DNA of 64,000 bases from Octopus vulgaris (GCA_951406725.2 OX597838.1:31372001-31436000); one strand, 5' to 3'. Positions 12,461 through 25,772 are shown, counted from the first letter of the stretch. Notes: generated by a model not told the origin, from the letters alone. Program-made: numbers and translations.

Positions 12461-13699
12461 ATACAATACAATAAAATATAATGCAACCGTCACTTTTTGA
12501 AGAGAAAAATCTGTAATAATTTTTTTTTTAATCTCCTTATATAAGAAGTAAACTCTGAGTCTAACTGATTATTATTGTTAATAATCTCCAAGAAACCAAC
12601 ATAATATCACTAAAAATTCTAAGGCTTTAAATTTAAATTTTATACTGCAGGCAATATGGCTGTTACACCTTATTATTATTATTATTATTATTATTATAAT
12701 AATAATAAAGGTATTTGCTGAAGATATTTTTTCCCCTCTTCTAGCCTACATCAGTAATGTAACTTCCATGTTTTAAACTATAACCTTTTAAAATTAATTA
12801 CTTTCCAATAATGGAGTCTATAACCACATATCACCAGTGTGCTAATAGAATTAACAATTACCATTAGATGTATTCACTATGCATATGGTGTTCCAGAGCT
12901 GCAGGCTATGAACTGTATACATCAGTCATTAGATATCTCATGGCTACTGCTTTCAGTATCTTCATTTCCACAGGTTTGTTGTTGTTCTTACACACAAATA
13001 TAATGCTACTTCTGCTAATGTTGACCCCGATTCTTTTATATTAAATTTCTCACATTTTCTCTTTCTAAGAAATTATAGAAAATCTTGTTTGTGAAAAAAA
13101 AATTGCAAAGTATGAACACCTATTTAATAGATAATGTCATTGTATATGTAATACCAAAGGAGAACATAACAAAAATTTCTCTAAATTCTTAAAAAGTTGC
13201 TCATAAATCTGAACAACATCTCATGTAAATTTTTAACTATATCTTTGCTCTAGGTTACCAAATTAACCAAAAATGAATTGCATCCTGGCCCTCTCACTTT
13301 ACTGCTCTTGAAGAAATACCCATGTACTTATATCCATTTTACCATGGGTTAAGATACAACCACAACAAAGGACTTAGCCCCAACAGAAGATATCTCAGGA
13401 AAGGCTGGGGCTAGATATGAAAAGATGTCCTAACTGAAAGTAGTGAGATGCCTTGACAAGTCTACTCTAACTCCTGACAAAGGCTCCCTACACAGCAACC
13501 TGATCAAACACTTTTGAACCAATACCTATGTCCTATGCGCTTTAAGTCATGCTGCTCAACTCGTATCAAAGGACCTACTGAAAATATGAAAGCTATGGCA
13601 ATACTAAATATTTTGTATTGTACAATTACACTTCAAAAATACTGAAATAGAAAATATTCTAATAAATAAAATTGCAAGTACATGGAACTGGCATTCCAT

Positions 13700-13997
13700 C
13701 GGGGTTCAAGTTGATCAAATCAATCAAACAGCCAGCTTATGAAATTAACGTGCAAGTGGCTGAGTACTCCACAGACACATGTACAGTTGATATAGTTCTC
13801 AGGGAGATTCAGTGTGACACAGAATGTGACAAGGCTGGCTCCCTTTGAATTACAGGTACTATTCATTTTTACCAACTGAGTGGACTGGAGCAACATGAAA
13901 TAAAGTGTCTTGCTCAAGGACACAACACACTACCAGGAATTGAACTCATGACCTTACAATCTTGAGCCAAATACCATAACCACAAAGCCTGGCGCCT
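13700..13997 (-). mobile_element. tRNA-derived SINE family G, near full length
   Basis: Reverse strand has an A/B-box-like head and GTGTCCTTGAGCAAGACACTTTATTTCATGTTGCTCCAGTCCACTCAG. Second copy at 26330-26620. Confidence 0.85.
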
Positions 13998-14075
13998 TTA
14001 CCCGTAAAGTACATAGGGTTTATATTTTGGGAGAAGGTGGCGAGTGAAATAATTTTATGTAATTAATGTTATAGT

Positions 14076-14360
14076 GGAGATGTGTGGCCAAGTGTTTACA
14101 GTTTTGCATTCATAATTGCAAGATCAGGGGTTTGATCCCCAGGCTGGGCAATTCATTGTGGTATTGAGCAAAACATTTCATTCCACATTTCTTTCAATCC
14201 TCTCAGCTGTAAATAAGGTCCTGCAATAATTGGGGCAGTTAACACTGCAACTGGCTGGCATCCCATTCAAGAGGGAGTTTTCTAACCTCAATCACAAATA
14301 CACCATGAAAACTGGGTGAAGCTTTGGCCTTATGAACCCTGAGGCATATGACAACCACTT
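14076..14360 (+). mobile_element. SINE sharing the family G head but with a different 3' body
   Basis: gtggccaagtgtt...ggtttgatccc...ttgagcaaaacatttcatt...ctcagctgtaaat. Related copy at 32196-32470. Confidence 0.7.
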
Positions 14361-14387
14361 AATAATGATACATTGTAATCGCAGGAA

Positions 14388-14601
14388 AAAAGCAGCGAAC
14401 TGGCAGAATCGGCACGTTGGGCGAAATGCTTTGTGGCCTCTTCATCTGTCTGCATGTTCTGAGTTCAAATTCCGTCATGGTTGACTTTGCCTTTCATCTT
14501 TTCGAGGTCAATAAACTAAGAACCAGTGAAACACCAGGGTTGATTTAATCGACTGGTCCCCTCTCCCATAATTTCAGACCTTGTGCCTACAGTAGAAAGG
14601 A
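14388..14601 (+). mobile_element. SINE family B
   Basis: gcgaactggcagaatc...gagttcaaattcc...gactttgcctttcatc. Approximate TSD ttgtaatcgcagga / ttataatcatagga. Confidence 0.85.
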
Positions 14602-14996
14602 TTATAATCATAGGAGTGGCTACTAAATGTCCACAAAATTCTGCAGTGATTACCTTCTACTGTCTCTACGGTTTGTTAGTAAATGTCAATAGAACTTGAA
14701 TCAATATAGAAAGTAAGAATGGGGGGGGGCTAAAGCTGGATGCTGCTTAACTCCTCATCAATCCCAGTTATGATGAAAGGTGCTCCAGCTTCGTTCACTA
14801 AATCTTTTTATCATTTGGATATAATGTACATAAGATTATGTTATCCACTGTAACCTTCCCTTTTTTTGTAAAAAAAAAACAGTTGAGAGAGTTGGCTGCA
14901 ATTTCTAGCTAGTACTGGTTAAAAGCCCATGATTGATGATGTAATCCACTGGTAAATTACTAAACAGAACTTGAAAAAGCTGGGGATGGAGGGACT

Positions 14997-15318
14997 ACAG
15001 GTGTGGTTGTGTGTTAAGAAGAGTGCTACCCGATCACATTTTTCTGGGTTCAGTCCCACTGCATGGCACCTAAGGCAAGTATCTTCTACTATAGCCAAAG
15101 CCTTGTGAGCAAACTTGGTAGACAGAAACAAGAAGAAGCTCATCATGTGTGTGTATTTGTTCCCCATCACCACTAAATGGTGTTGGTATGTTTACATCAT
15201 TGTAACTTAGCAGTTTGGCAAAAGGCACTGTTAAAGTACGAGACTTACAAAAAAAATAAGTACTGAGGTGAATTTATTCAACTAAAATTCATCATGGCAA
15301 TGCCCCAGCATGGCCACA

Positions 15319-15361
<43 letters not shown>

Positions 15362-15380
15362 CTAATGACAAATAAATAAA

Positions 15381-15427
<47 letters not shown>

Positions 15428-15505
15428 AGAATAAGTCCGAGTCGTTGCTCGACTAAAGGCGGTGCTCCAGCATGGCAGTCAAATGACTGAAACAAGTAAA
15501 AGATA
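14997..15505 (+). mobile_element. SINE family A plus a second, younger 3' tail fragment separated by (AT)n
   Basis: Head aggtgtggttgtgtg...gggttcagtcccactgc. The tail motif (gc/cc)tccagcatggc occurs twice (~15303 and ~15465). Confidence 0.8.
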
Positions 15506-16520
15506 AAAAAAAAAAGAATACATAATTATTAAAATTAATCAAAGGACATACTTAGCATGTCCTTTGATTAATTTTAATCCTTCAGCTATTTAATGCTTTT
15601 TGGGGGCCTGCACTCGCCTATATTATTGAAATTGTTACACTCAATAGCAAAAGAGTCACTGGTATCTTCACAAATTATTTTTTCATGAATTATTTTTCTC
15701 GTGAATTATTTGCTCCGTAATGAAATATATATATATAGTTTCTGCATTGTTAAATTCTTTGACAAGATTGTTACAGATGGTGTTAACTTGTGGAATAACA
15801 GAGCTAAAAGAACAAGCTTTATCTATTTTCACAGTTCTACAGGTTTGTAATCCTGTACAATTGGTGTTATACAGGAAACGTGCGTAATCTTGTGTATGAA
15901 TTTATTGATTAATGCATAAACTGTAATACAGTCCCCCTGCCTACAGGTGTAAAATTTGTTATGAAAGTGCAGTATTATCGAGATTTTCATTATAAATCAT
16001 AGTTTGTAGAATGGAGAGTAAAAAAGAATTGGTCTTTTCCTAGCTTTTCTATAGCTGATTCTTGGATTTTAATTCCGTGTTGTGCAGCGCTCATAGAATT
16101 CTTCTTTCTCAGGGGCAACAATAATTCTTAATGCTTTTGGGCTTTTTACTTTTTTATTTTTATTTTTTTTACATATCCCTTAAAACCTTACATGTTCATT
16201 GTACATAGTTGTATTCTATACACACGTACACACACACCTTTTAATATACACAGTATTTAGAAAAGAGTTACAAATAGTTTCATGTCATAGAGATAATAAC
16301 TCAGCAGATTTATGTAACATGCCCTATGCCTCCAAGTAATCCTTCAGGCTCTTTTCTAAACAATGTGTATATTAAATGTATTAGATGATATTTATCTCTC
16401 ACAGGATGGAGCACTTTTTTTTTCTTGATGATGATTCTACTTAAAATGGAACAGTAAACTCTCTCTCTCTCTTTCATATATGTATATGTATGTATATATA
16501 TATATATGTATGTATGTATG

Positions 16521-16562
<42 letters not shown>

Positions 16563-16746
16563 ATGTTTTTTAATGTCCTCTTGTCCATTCTTGCATGGGT
16601 CAAACAGAATTTGTCAAAATAGATTTTCTATGGCTGGCTACACTTCTGAACACCAGCCCTCAACTGTTTCCAAGTAAGGTAATATTTCCGCATGGCCGGA
16701 CATGTTCTTCATGGAAGATTGAAAATGAACAATGGTTGTATGATAG

Positions 16747-16875
<129 letters not shown>

Positions 16876-18546
16876 TGATGGGGAGGAGGAGAGCTTGTGG
16901 ATGAATTCAAATTAGAGCTCCACTGGTGATCTCCAGTCACAGACAGACAACTTTTAGAGGTTCACAGAAGCACTTCTTGCCATTGGGCTGCACTGGTAAT
17001 ACTGACAAAAGAAATCACTGAAATGAACATAACTTAGATTTTGAAGATGAGGTAAATTTGCTGGATCCCTTATTGGGTTTTAGGTAAGCAATTTGAACAT
17101 TTACAAAACTGAAATTCGTCTTTCATACTCGACCCTGTTCAGAGGTGCCAATACTGCAGTGAGGAAGCTTACAAAAGAATCTGTTCAGCAGAAGGCAATA
17201 AAGTTGCATATGCTATATGGTGTGACTTTTTAAACCAGTGAGAATCTCAACCCCAGATGTCCAACTCCGTGATCAAATAGATACCCTGGGTGTGCACCTA
17301 CACACAGTCGAGTTCTCATAACTTAGATTTCCGTCTCCTGTATTTGATGGCATTAAAAATGCACAGACATATTACACATCCACCAATTTCAATGGTGCAT
17401 ATTCAAGGGGAAAATTCTTTCGCCCATTAACACATGTAATATGGGCCCAATTTTGCATCAAGGACCTGGGATGTTTTGAGACACCCCCACATACACACAC
17501 GCACTTTTTTTTAGAGTGGGTCTGACATGCCAACAAAAACAGAAATCAAATTTTGAGTGTTTTTTCTAGTAATAAAAATGTTGTTTTCTGAAACTACAGG
17601 TTTAATACTACCAGATGCACATTTAATAGATATAGTGATAGACAAGAGAATAAATCAAATCCCTCTGCAAAGAAATTAACAACATCAAAAGGAAAATAAA
17701 ATGTTTTCTAGTGATACAAGCAAAAATGAACATATTGTATTTCACATTGGTTAGGGTAATAAACGAGATTTGATTTTCCAATACGCTCCAGCTGCCTGTC
17801 TACTTGCTGATTGCATTTCCACAATAACATCATCAACATTATTATTATTATTATTATTATTATTCAACAAATAATCGTTTCAACAAATATAGACAGCAAA
17901 TACAGCTAATAACCACACATCTGCTAGGAGGAAGGAAGGAAAGGTCCTGACACTAATGGCAGAAACAGTTGTGTTTGTAGTTCATGGCATGCGTAGAGTA
18001 TCTTAGAAACAATGTATGTATAAAAGTCGAGAGGGATTAACTGCAATTCAATGCCAGTGATACTTTCACATTAAAGTTTAACAGGAATACAAGAGCAAAT
18101 ACCAACAGAATATTATAAAATACGCTTCACCTCTCCATGAATTGTAATATTTTATTCTTATTTCAATGACTTTTCACTTAAGAAGGCTCTCTCTTTCTCA
18201 CACACACACACACAGTGAGGGAGCTAATTCCAATCCCTAAAGAAAGTTCAAATTTAATAGAGAAATAGAAACACAACTATGAAAACCAGCACCACTTTGA
18301 TATTTAATCTAATTTCTCCATTGACCCCATTACACAATTTCGGAGAAAAGACTGTCAAATATTTTCAGATAGGCAGAACATTTGATTAATACATAAATGA
18401 GTTTACTTGAACAGAAGTCAAACCAAAGGCAATTCATAACTTCTCACTTAGAGACTCCAACATTCACAACAAAGACAATCACCCCTGTCCTTTCTTCAGG
18501 AATGTATGTATAAATACCAGAGACAAAAGCACAAAAGCAGTGTGTA

Positions 18547-18580
<34 letters not shown>

Positions 18581-19368
18581 CATATATATATATATATATA
18601 AACAACTACCAGAAACAAAAGCCTGAGTATTTTATCAATCATCTATTCAATACATGAGGGAGAAACAGCTAACACTAAAATTGAATTTACTATAGAAATA
18701 ATTAAGAAATACTCATTGCTGCAAAGACTTAATTTCACTTTATTTTGTTTTGTTTTTTTTGGGTTTTGTTTTGTTACCTTTCTTCGGTGAAATGTGGTTG
18801 CCTAAAGTATTATATTTTAGGAATATTTCAAAAATAATAGAGTAAAATCAATAATAATAATGTGTTATTGAAGAAATAGCCATGAGAAAATCTATAATCT
18901 AATTTTTCAAGTCTCATGTAGAATTTGTGTTTACAACTAACGAGTGTCAATAATTTTGTAAGTTGTCCGCCATCATCACCACCACTTTGTAATAAACCAC
19001 AAAACCATATCAAAAGAGATATCTGAAAACTATAATATTAAAAAAGAAAAAAAAGAGAAACTCAAGCGAGGAACATGTATTTTAAACATGCACTTTATAT
19101 TCAAGTGCATGTTATATGATAATTCAAACTTCGACACTTGAAAACTGAAGGGGGTCGGAGAGAAATATGTCAATATTAAAAATCTATTAGTAATTGCATT
19201 TGCTACAGCAACAGATCAATTGTCTAACAATTTCAAATTGATATTACTTCAGTCTAATGGAAAGAGAACAATATTAGAAATTGATAGATAAACCATAGGG
19301 AAAAGATGACACTTTGCTAATGCAAACAGCACTGGTAAAACAGTTTTAATCACTCGCAAAATTATTAA

Positions 19369-19584
19369 CTCTTTCGTCGTCATATTTCTGATGAAATACC
19401 TTAGTTTCAATTAATTTTGGAAATAACGAAGAATTCAGTAAAATAACTGTCATTATCAAGTTGATGTTTGCAGCATAAATTAACATGAAAGTTTGATGTA
19501 AGGTTTTAATTTACATCACTTTAAAACGAAGTTTGTGTTGTAGAACCAGGGGGTGGTCTAAGGGTGAGTTGCTATCAAAAGAGC
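19369..19584 (+). mobile_element. piggyBac-type MITE, older D-related subfamily
   Basis: TTAA|ctctttcgtcgtcatatttctg...gctatcaaaagag. Same type at 36367 (-) and 60300 (-). Confidence 0.7.
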
Positions 19585-19661
19585 TGAGCGTTGTTTTAGC
19601 AACTTTCACACAACTTAGTTTTACCATTTTCCTAGACTACAAAAATCAGTTTGAATTATAT

Positions 19662-19893
19662 ATTTCTTTACTACCCACAAGGGGCTAAACACAGAGAGGA
19701 CAAACAAGGACAGACAAATGGATTAAGTCGATTACATCGACCCCAGTGCGCAACTGGTACTTAATTTATCGACCCCGAAAGGATGAAAGGCAAAGTCGAC
19801 CTCGGCGGAATTTGAACTCAGAACGTAACGGCAGACAAAATATGGCCACGCATTTCGCCCGGCATGCTAACGTTTCTGCCAGCTCGCCGCCTT
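19662..19893 (-). mobile_element. SINE family B, young full-length copy with TSD
   Basis: Reverse strand reads AAGGCGGCGAGCTGGCAGAAACGTTAGC...GAGTTCAAATTCC (A/B boxes). TSD agtttgaattata (19648) / agtctgaattata (19897). Confidence 0.92.
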
Positions 19894-21289
19894 ATTAGTC
19901 TGAATTATAATCTATTGTAATCAAATTAGATGGTGCTTAGTTCCAGGTCAACAAGACCACTAACTGAAGTGCATGTAGGACTGCATTATCCATTGTGCTC
20001 TTCCTTTTTTTAAAGTCTGATGGAATGATTTAACATTTAACAACTACAAGGATATCCTTGTAGTGAAAAAGCTGTTTTAATCCCCGAGGGATGAGTTGTA
20101 GCAGAGAGATAAATGGTGACAATAGAACTAATTTTTCTAAGTGGTTCCTTTGGACTCATAAGACATTTTTGAAGCACTACTCCTCCTCATCTGATTTGAA
20201 TAGAGGTATATGATTAAGAAATCACCTGGAGATAATACATTGCTTTTGTATTATTTTCTATTAAAGGAAAGCAAAGAAAATATTCATTAAGTGAAAACCA
20301 TTTACAGTTGTCTGTAGACATTAAAGAACATCAACAAACATAACTTTAAAAATTTTGTTTCTTCTCAACTGACAATTTATCATCTCTCACCAAGAAAATG
20401 TTAAGAAAATAAAAACAAATATATAAAACAAAAGAAAAAATGGTTGAACCATTACAGAGTATCTAATTGTTAGATTATCAGGCTTACTTCAGAACAGAAC
20501 CAAAAAAAAAAAAAAAATCATTTTACAGAACCAAAAATATTCAGATTAATCTACTAAGATTCTTGTTCTTCATTAATGGCAGCAGCAGCAGCACTCAAGA
20601 AGTGACAAACTTCATGGAATCAACTTGCTGAAGCTTAAATGAATGTAAGATAGATCAAGTTTGATGTTTCCACAATTAAAATAGCTGCAGGATATGTTAA
20701 GAAAGAATAGAATAGGATAAGATACAATAGGATGATAAAAAAAAAGAACAAGACTCCAGAGCCAAGGTAGATAAATAAAGGATGGGGAGACCTGATGGAT
20801 AATATAATTCATGATTATATTAATGGAATAAGAGTAATTGAATTGATAATCTATCTATCATTAGAGCAGTAAGGAAAAAAAAAAACAGGTAAAACAAATG
20901 ATTTCAATGTTTACGATATTAGAAGGAAGAGCGGCCTTTTTAAGTAGACACTGACCAGATATATAACAAATAATTGTAAAATAATCATGTATGACAACTA
21001 CTACTAATTAATAATAATAATAATAATAATCCCCTCTACTACAGACACAAGGCCTGACATTTTTGGAGGGTGGGTGTAGCTGATCACATCAACCCTTGTA
21101 CTTACTTCATCAATCCCGAAAGGGTGAAAAGCAAGAATTTGAACTCAGAACATATTGTTGGACAAAATACCACAAAATATTTTACCTGGCATGCTAACAA
21201 TTCTGCCAGCTCACTGCCTTACTACTACTGCTGCTGCTGCTACTACTACTACTACTACTATTGCTGCAACTGCTAACAACAAGTGATGA

Positions 21290-21770
21290 AGAAATTTATT
21301 TTCTTTACATTTTTTTGTTTTGCTTTGTTACAAGGGTATCATGTAAGGGGAGAATTCAAGAACAAATTACAAAAAAATGGTAATTTACAGTATATGTAGA
21401 AAACCCAGTGTGAAAAATAACAACAAAAAATCATATAGTAAAATAGCTCCAACAGGGAACATAACTACTCAGGGCCTATAAGGAAACACCACAGATCTTA
21501 GGTTATCAGGAAGCAGCCATCAGGAGCCAATTGAAGAATCATCCAAATAACAGGTTATTCTGACTACCAAGAGTGAATGCCCTCTCCCCGCTGTTTGTCA
21601 CCTCTGGCTTCACATATTTAGATATAAGCTCATTCATTCAAGCCAGACCTGATGCCCTCACTCACTTTTCAGCTCATCTACCAAAGAGCAACACTTGCCT
21701 TCCTCTTCAAGTGACACTTGAAAATGTTGAGGACACCTTGAGTGAAGAAGAAATGTTATGTCCTCGGTCT
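21290..21770 (-). mobile_element. 3' end of an L1/Tx1-like LINE
   Basis: Reverse translation GVLNIFKCHLKRK resembles the C-terminus of Tx1-like ORF2. It is followed by a 3'UTR-like tract ending ...aaaataaa. Confidence 0.5.
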
Positions 21771-21776
21771 TTTTAA

Positions 21777-21982
21777 CTCTATAGCATTTAAACCAGCCAT
21801 AACCAGCCCAAATATTCTACCTGTGTTATATTCAGATCAGGCCTATCACACCTATCCTACAATGTCAATCTAAAAATAAACAATCACATCATTGTAATCT
21901 TGGGGCTACAAAATAATGCAGGATGAATTCAAAGCAATGTGAATCAATAAGCAGTGCATTTGATTGGGTGGATTCTAAAGGG
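21777..21982 (+). mobile_element. piggyBac-type MITE family C
   Basis: TTAA|ctctatagcattt...ttctaaaggg|CTAA. Confidence 0.8.
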
Positions 21983-22102
21983 CTAATATTGCTCACCACA
22001 ACCACTGCTGTCACCACATATATTTAAATGAATAATAAGCATAACAATCATAATGATTTCTTACAGTGGCACCAGGTCGCTCATTTTGGGAGAGTGGTTT
22101 AA

Positions 22103-22314
22103 CCCTTTCATTACCATATTCATTTTGAGATGCTCTGTGTTTCTTTCAATTATTTTAAATATAACAAAGAATTTAGTAAAATAACTTAGTTATCATTCAG
22201 CTAGTGTTAGGATCATAAATTGTGACTAAGGTTTGGTATGAAAAACTTATATGAAAACAAGACATTTATACTACAGAGCCACAGCCGGTTTTGGCCGGGT
22301 TGGTAACAAAAGGG
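22103..22314 (+). mobile_element. piggyBac-type MITE family D
   Basis: TTAA|CCCTTTCATTACC...GGTAACAAAAGGG|TTAA, with TTAA on both sides. Confidence 0.9.
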
Positions 22315-22487
22315 TTAATCAGTGGTGTAATCAAAACCCAGTATGTAAGTGAGATTTTTACGTTATCAATCACAGAAGATGAAACAAAGTCAACTTCAGC
22401 AAGCTCTGAAACTCAGGATTTTAAACTGAAGAACAGACAGCTTATCCAGTGCTCAGTTATTGCTGTTCTTAACAATAAAATAACAAC

Positions 22488-22860
22488 GGTTTCAAGTTTT
22501 GGCACAAGGCCAGCAATTTAATCCGTTCTACCCTCACACAAGACCAGGAATTTTGAGGGAGGAGGATTGCATTGACCCCAGTGCATAACTTGTACTTAAT
22601 TTATCAACCTTGGAAAATTGAAAGGCAAAGTTGAGCGCAGTGGACTTTGAACTCAAAACATAAAGTAGGAAGAAATGCCACAAAAAATAATAAGTTTCAA
22701 CGTTTCGCCCACACAAGGCCACCAAATTTTAAGGTCAGTACCATTGACCTCAGGACTTCTCTGATATTATATTTTATCAACCTCTACCCTTCCCAAGGAC
22801 AAAAGGCAAAACTGAAATCAACAGGATTTCAACTTGGAACATATAAAGCTGAAATAAATA
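22488..22860 (-). mobile_element. Tandem SINE B fragments
   Basis: Repeated cacaagg/acca starts followed by attgacc...ttatcaacc...aaaggcaaa bodies. Confidence 0.7.
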
Positions 22861-23842
22861 TCGAAAAGCAGACAAAATGCCAAACTATTCAAGTAGTCCA
22901 AAGAAGAATCCTTACAGCTATAAAATGTTGACTTCAATCTATAGTATCACCAGAGTTCTGTTGCTGAGTAGGTTAAAGGAGTCTGCTAGAAACCCAATTA
23001 GATGAGATAACATTGCTAAACTGGGGGATGCTACTCAAACTAAAGATCTACATCTGTAACCAACACTACTACTAGTAGTAGTAGTAGTAGTAGTAGTAGT
23101 ATGGGGGTGGGCGCTGTAACAGCATGTCTCTACATCCACCATTTGTTGGTGATTCCCTTTAACTCCCGGAGGATGACACCTTTGCAAAGCTCAGTTTGGC
23201 TAGCCATTGCCGGTGAGCATTTTACGAGGTCAGAGTGCAAATCCTACCTCAACCTCTTTTAGTCACCTTTTGCAACATAGAGAGGAAACACTGGGTCTAT
23301 TCTTTGACATGTTGGACCCCCAATAAATCCAATAAGTCTGTGTATATTTTCGGCAAATCTATTCTAACAGGTCTCTGTGACTGATTGAATTAGAATATGT
23401 CAACAAAGCTTCACACTTCCTCACTCAGTCAGTTTGGTAATCTAAAGCTTTAGTTGAAAAATTAAAACTGCGGTAGCATTTGTGTTACATTACATGCCAT
23501 AGTCAATTCCCGATCAGCTAAAACAAAACCACAGAATTCATTTAAGAAAAGAGAGAGGGGGAGAAGGTGTGGGGAGCATAGGGGAGAGAGAGAGAGGATA
23601 AAGAGACTAGACAAAGAATGACATGAGAGAGGAGCAGACAGAAATGTGAGATGAACAGAATGAGATGAGAAGGAGAGCAGTGAGGAATGGAATCAATGCA
23701 AATCGAAGTGAAATGATACAATGTGTTGAAGAAGACAGACATTGAAGAAAGTCAGTTAAAGGCAAATGGGAATGGCCAAAAATCATATTACTAATGTAGA
23801 TTTATATATAAAGAACTATTTAAATATTGGGAAATAGGAGTT

Positions 23843-23877
<35 letters not shown>

Positions 23878-24183
23878 TATATCCAATACGGCAATAACTA
23901 AAATCTTCACACAAAAACAGAAATAATCAATAAGAACTGACAAGTTGGCGATGAAAGCAGACTTTCCAGAGATAAAAGAAAGGATAGAAAATGTTTTCAT
24001 AATATTTATCTTCTCTCTCCATCTCGTCATATGAGGCTGAAGGGAAGGTGTTCAGGAGGCATGGGATGTTAGATATGCAATTCTTTAATTCAATTTTTTC
24101 ATTAGTCTCTTGGGGGAAGGCAGAATGAGTAGCAGTAGTAGGTTTCTCATTTTAAACTATGGTGAGGTGTGTTTATGTGTGTG

Positions 24184-24237
<54 letters not shown>

Positions 24238-24527
24238 TGTATGTCAAGTGTGTTGACTCTTGAATGCTGTTCTAAAATTATATTATTTACCGATTGCTGT
24301 GTCTCATCAACCAAGCAAATCTTTATAGGGGGGGGGTGGAGAGAGAGGGAAAGATCTTGAATTCATTCCTCTGTTGGTGGGAGAGTGGGGCGGTGGTGGG
24401 CTGAATGGATGATTAATCTTTTCCCAGCCTCACACAGCCTCTCCTCCTATGACAGAAAACCACTTGTTTTGAAATGCTCAAATTTAAATTAAAGCTTCCA
24501 TTATAACATTATCTGAAAAACCTTTAA

Positions 24528-24746
24528 CCCCTCAGTTTTTAACCCAACCGTATCCAGCCCAAAATGTTCTACCTGTTTTACATTTGAAGTGGCCAGATCT
24601 GGCCTCTCACACCAAGCTGGCAATGTTATTCAAATCGTAAACAATCACATCATTGAAATCTCAAAAGCTACAAGATAATGTATGATTAATTAAAAACAAT
24701 GAGAATAAGCATTACATTCGACAGAATAATCTTGAATGTTGAAGGG
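24528..24746 (+). mobile_element. piggyBac-type MITE family C
   Basis: TTAA|cccctcagt...gttgaaggg|TTAC. Confidence 0.8.
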
Positions 24747-25772
24747 TTACAGTTATGTTCCCAAGCACCATCATAAATATACTGATACACATCTGTCTAT
24801 CATTATGTTGTGTTCACAACATCAGCTTCATTTCCTAATATACATTTGCCTTCAGTTAAATTTTATGTTCAAAATACCATCTTAACAAAATACAAATGAA
24901 GAAGACAACTGTTAAAGATCTTAAGACAAGCCTTAAAGGAAGTTGTGACTGGAAAGGAAATAACCAAGTCACATTCAACAAATGTGAGGAAGATGAAACA
25001 GAAAATCAGAGACAAAATACGCAGAAGCATCAATGATTGAATGATCAAGGTGTGAGTGTATTTCTTTGTCTTTAAGTGTAACTAATGTTCTACTTTTCAG
25101 TACAGTATTATATCATATTTTTATTTTCATAAGGAAATGGTTGACTGTTACTTTGAAGTTTTGGATAAGTCGCCTTTGTCAGACAGTGTGCACGTGTATG
25201 TGCGTGTACAGACACACACATATGCATTCACAGAAAGAAGAGCTATCAATAAAACTGATACATTCTTCAACCCAGTAAATTTGCCCTTGTTGAAACGAAG
25301 TTTAAATATATATTTATATCAAGGCAAAGTGAAATAAAAGTGAAGACGATCTGAGAATAGAACAATTGTAATGTAGAGAAGCAAGAAATAAGTTTGGAGA
25401 TGATATTACAGTCCATCTACTGAGATGCAGATGGAATTAAACTTGAATGTCTGCACATGCAAAATAATGCACTTTATCAGCCAACAAGCAAAGCTTTTCG
25501 TGATTGATGGATTTGTTAGAAAATAGCATGTCAAATCTTGATCTGCAAGAAACAATAGCCAAATCTCAAATCAAATTCCTACCAACTTAAAAATGGAAGG
25601 AGGCATGGACACAATATATCTGAAAGTTAGAATGGTCACAGATGGCACACCTCTGATTAAAGGTCTGCCACATCAGAGCTGACCAAGGGCTAAACAATAA
25701 GAGCATGAAGGAAGTTAGATTATTTTCAGCAGTTCAATTCTGTTTCAAAATGACCAACAATTGACCCTAGAC

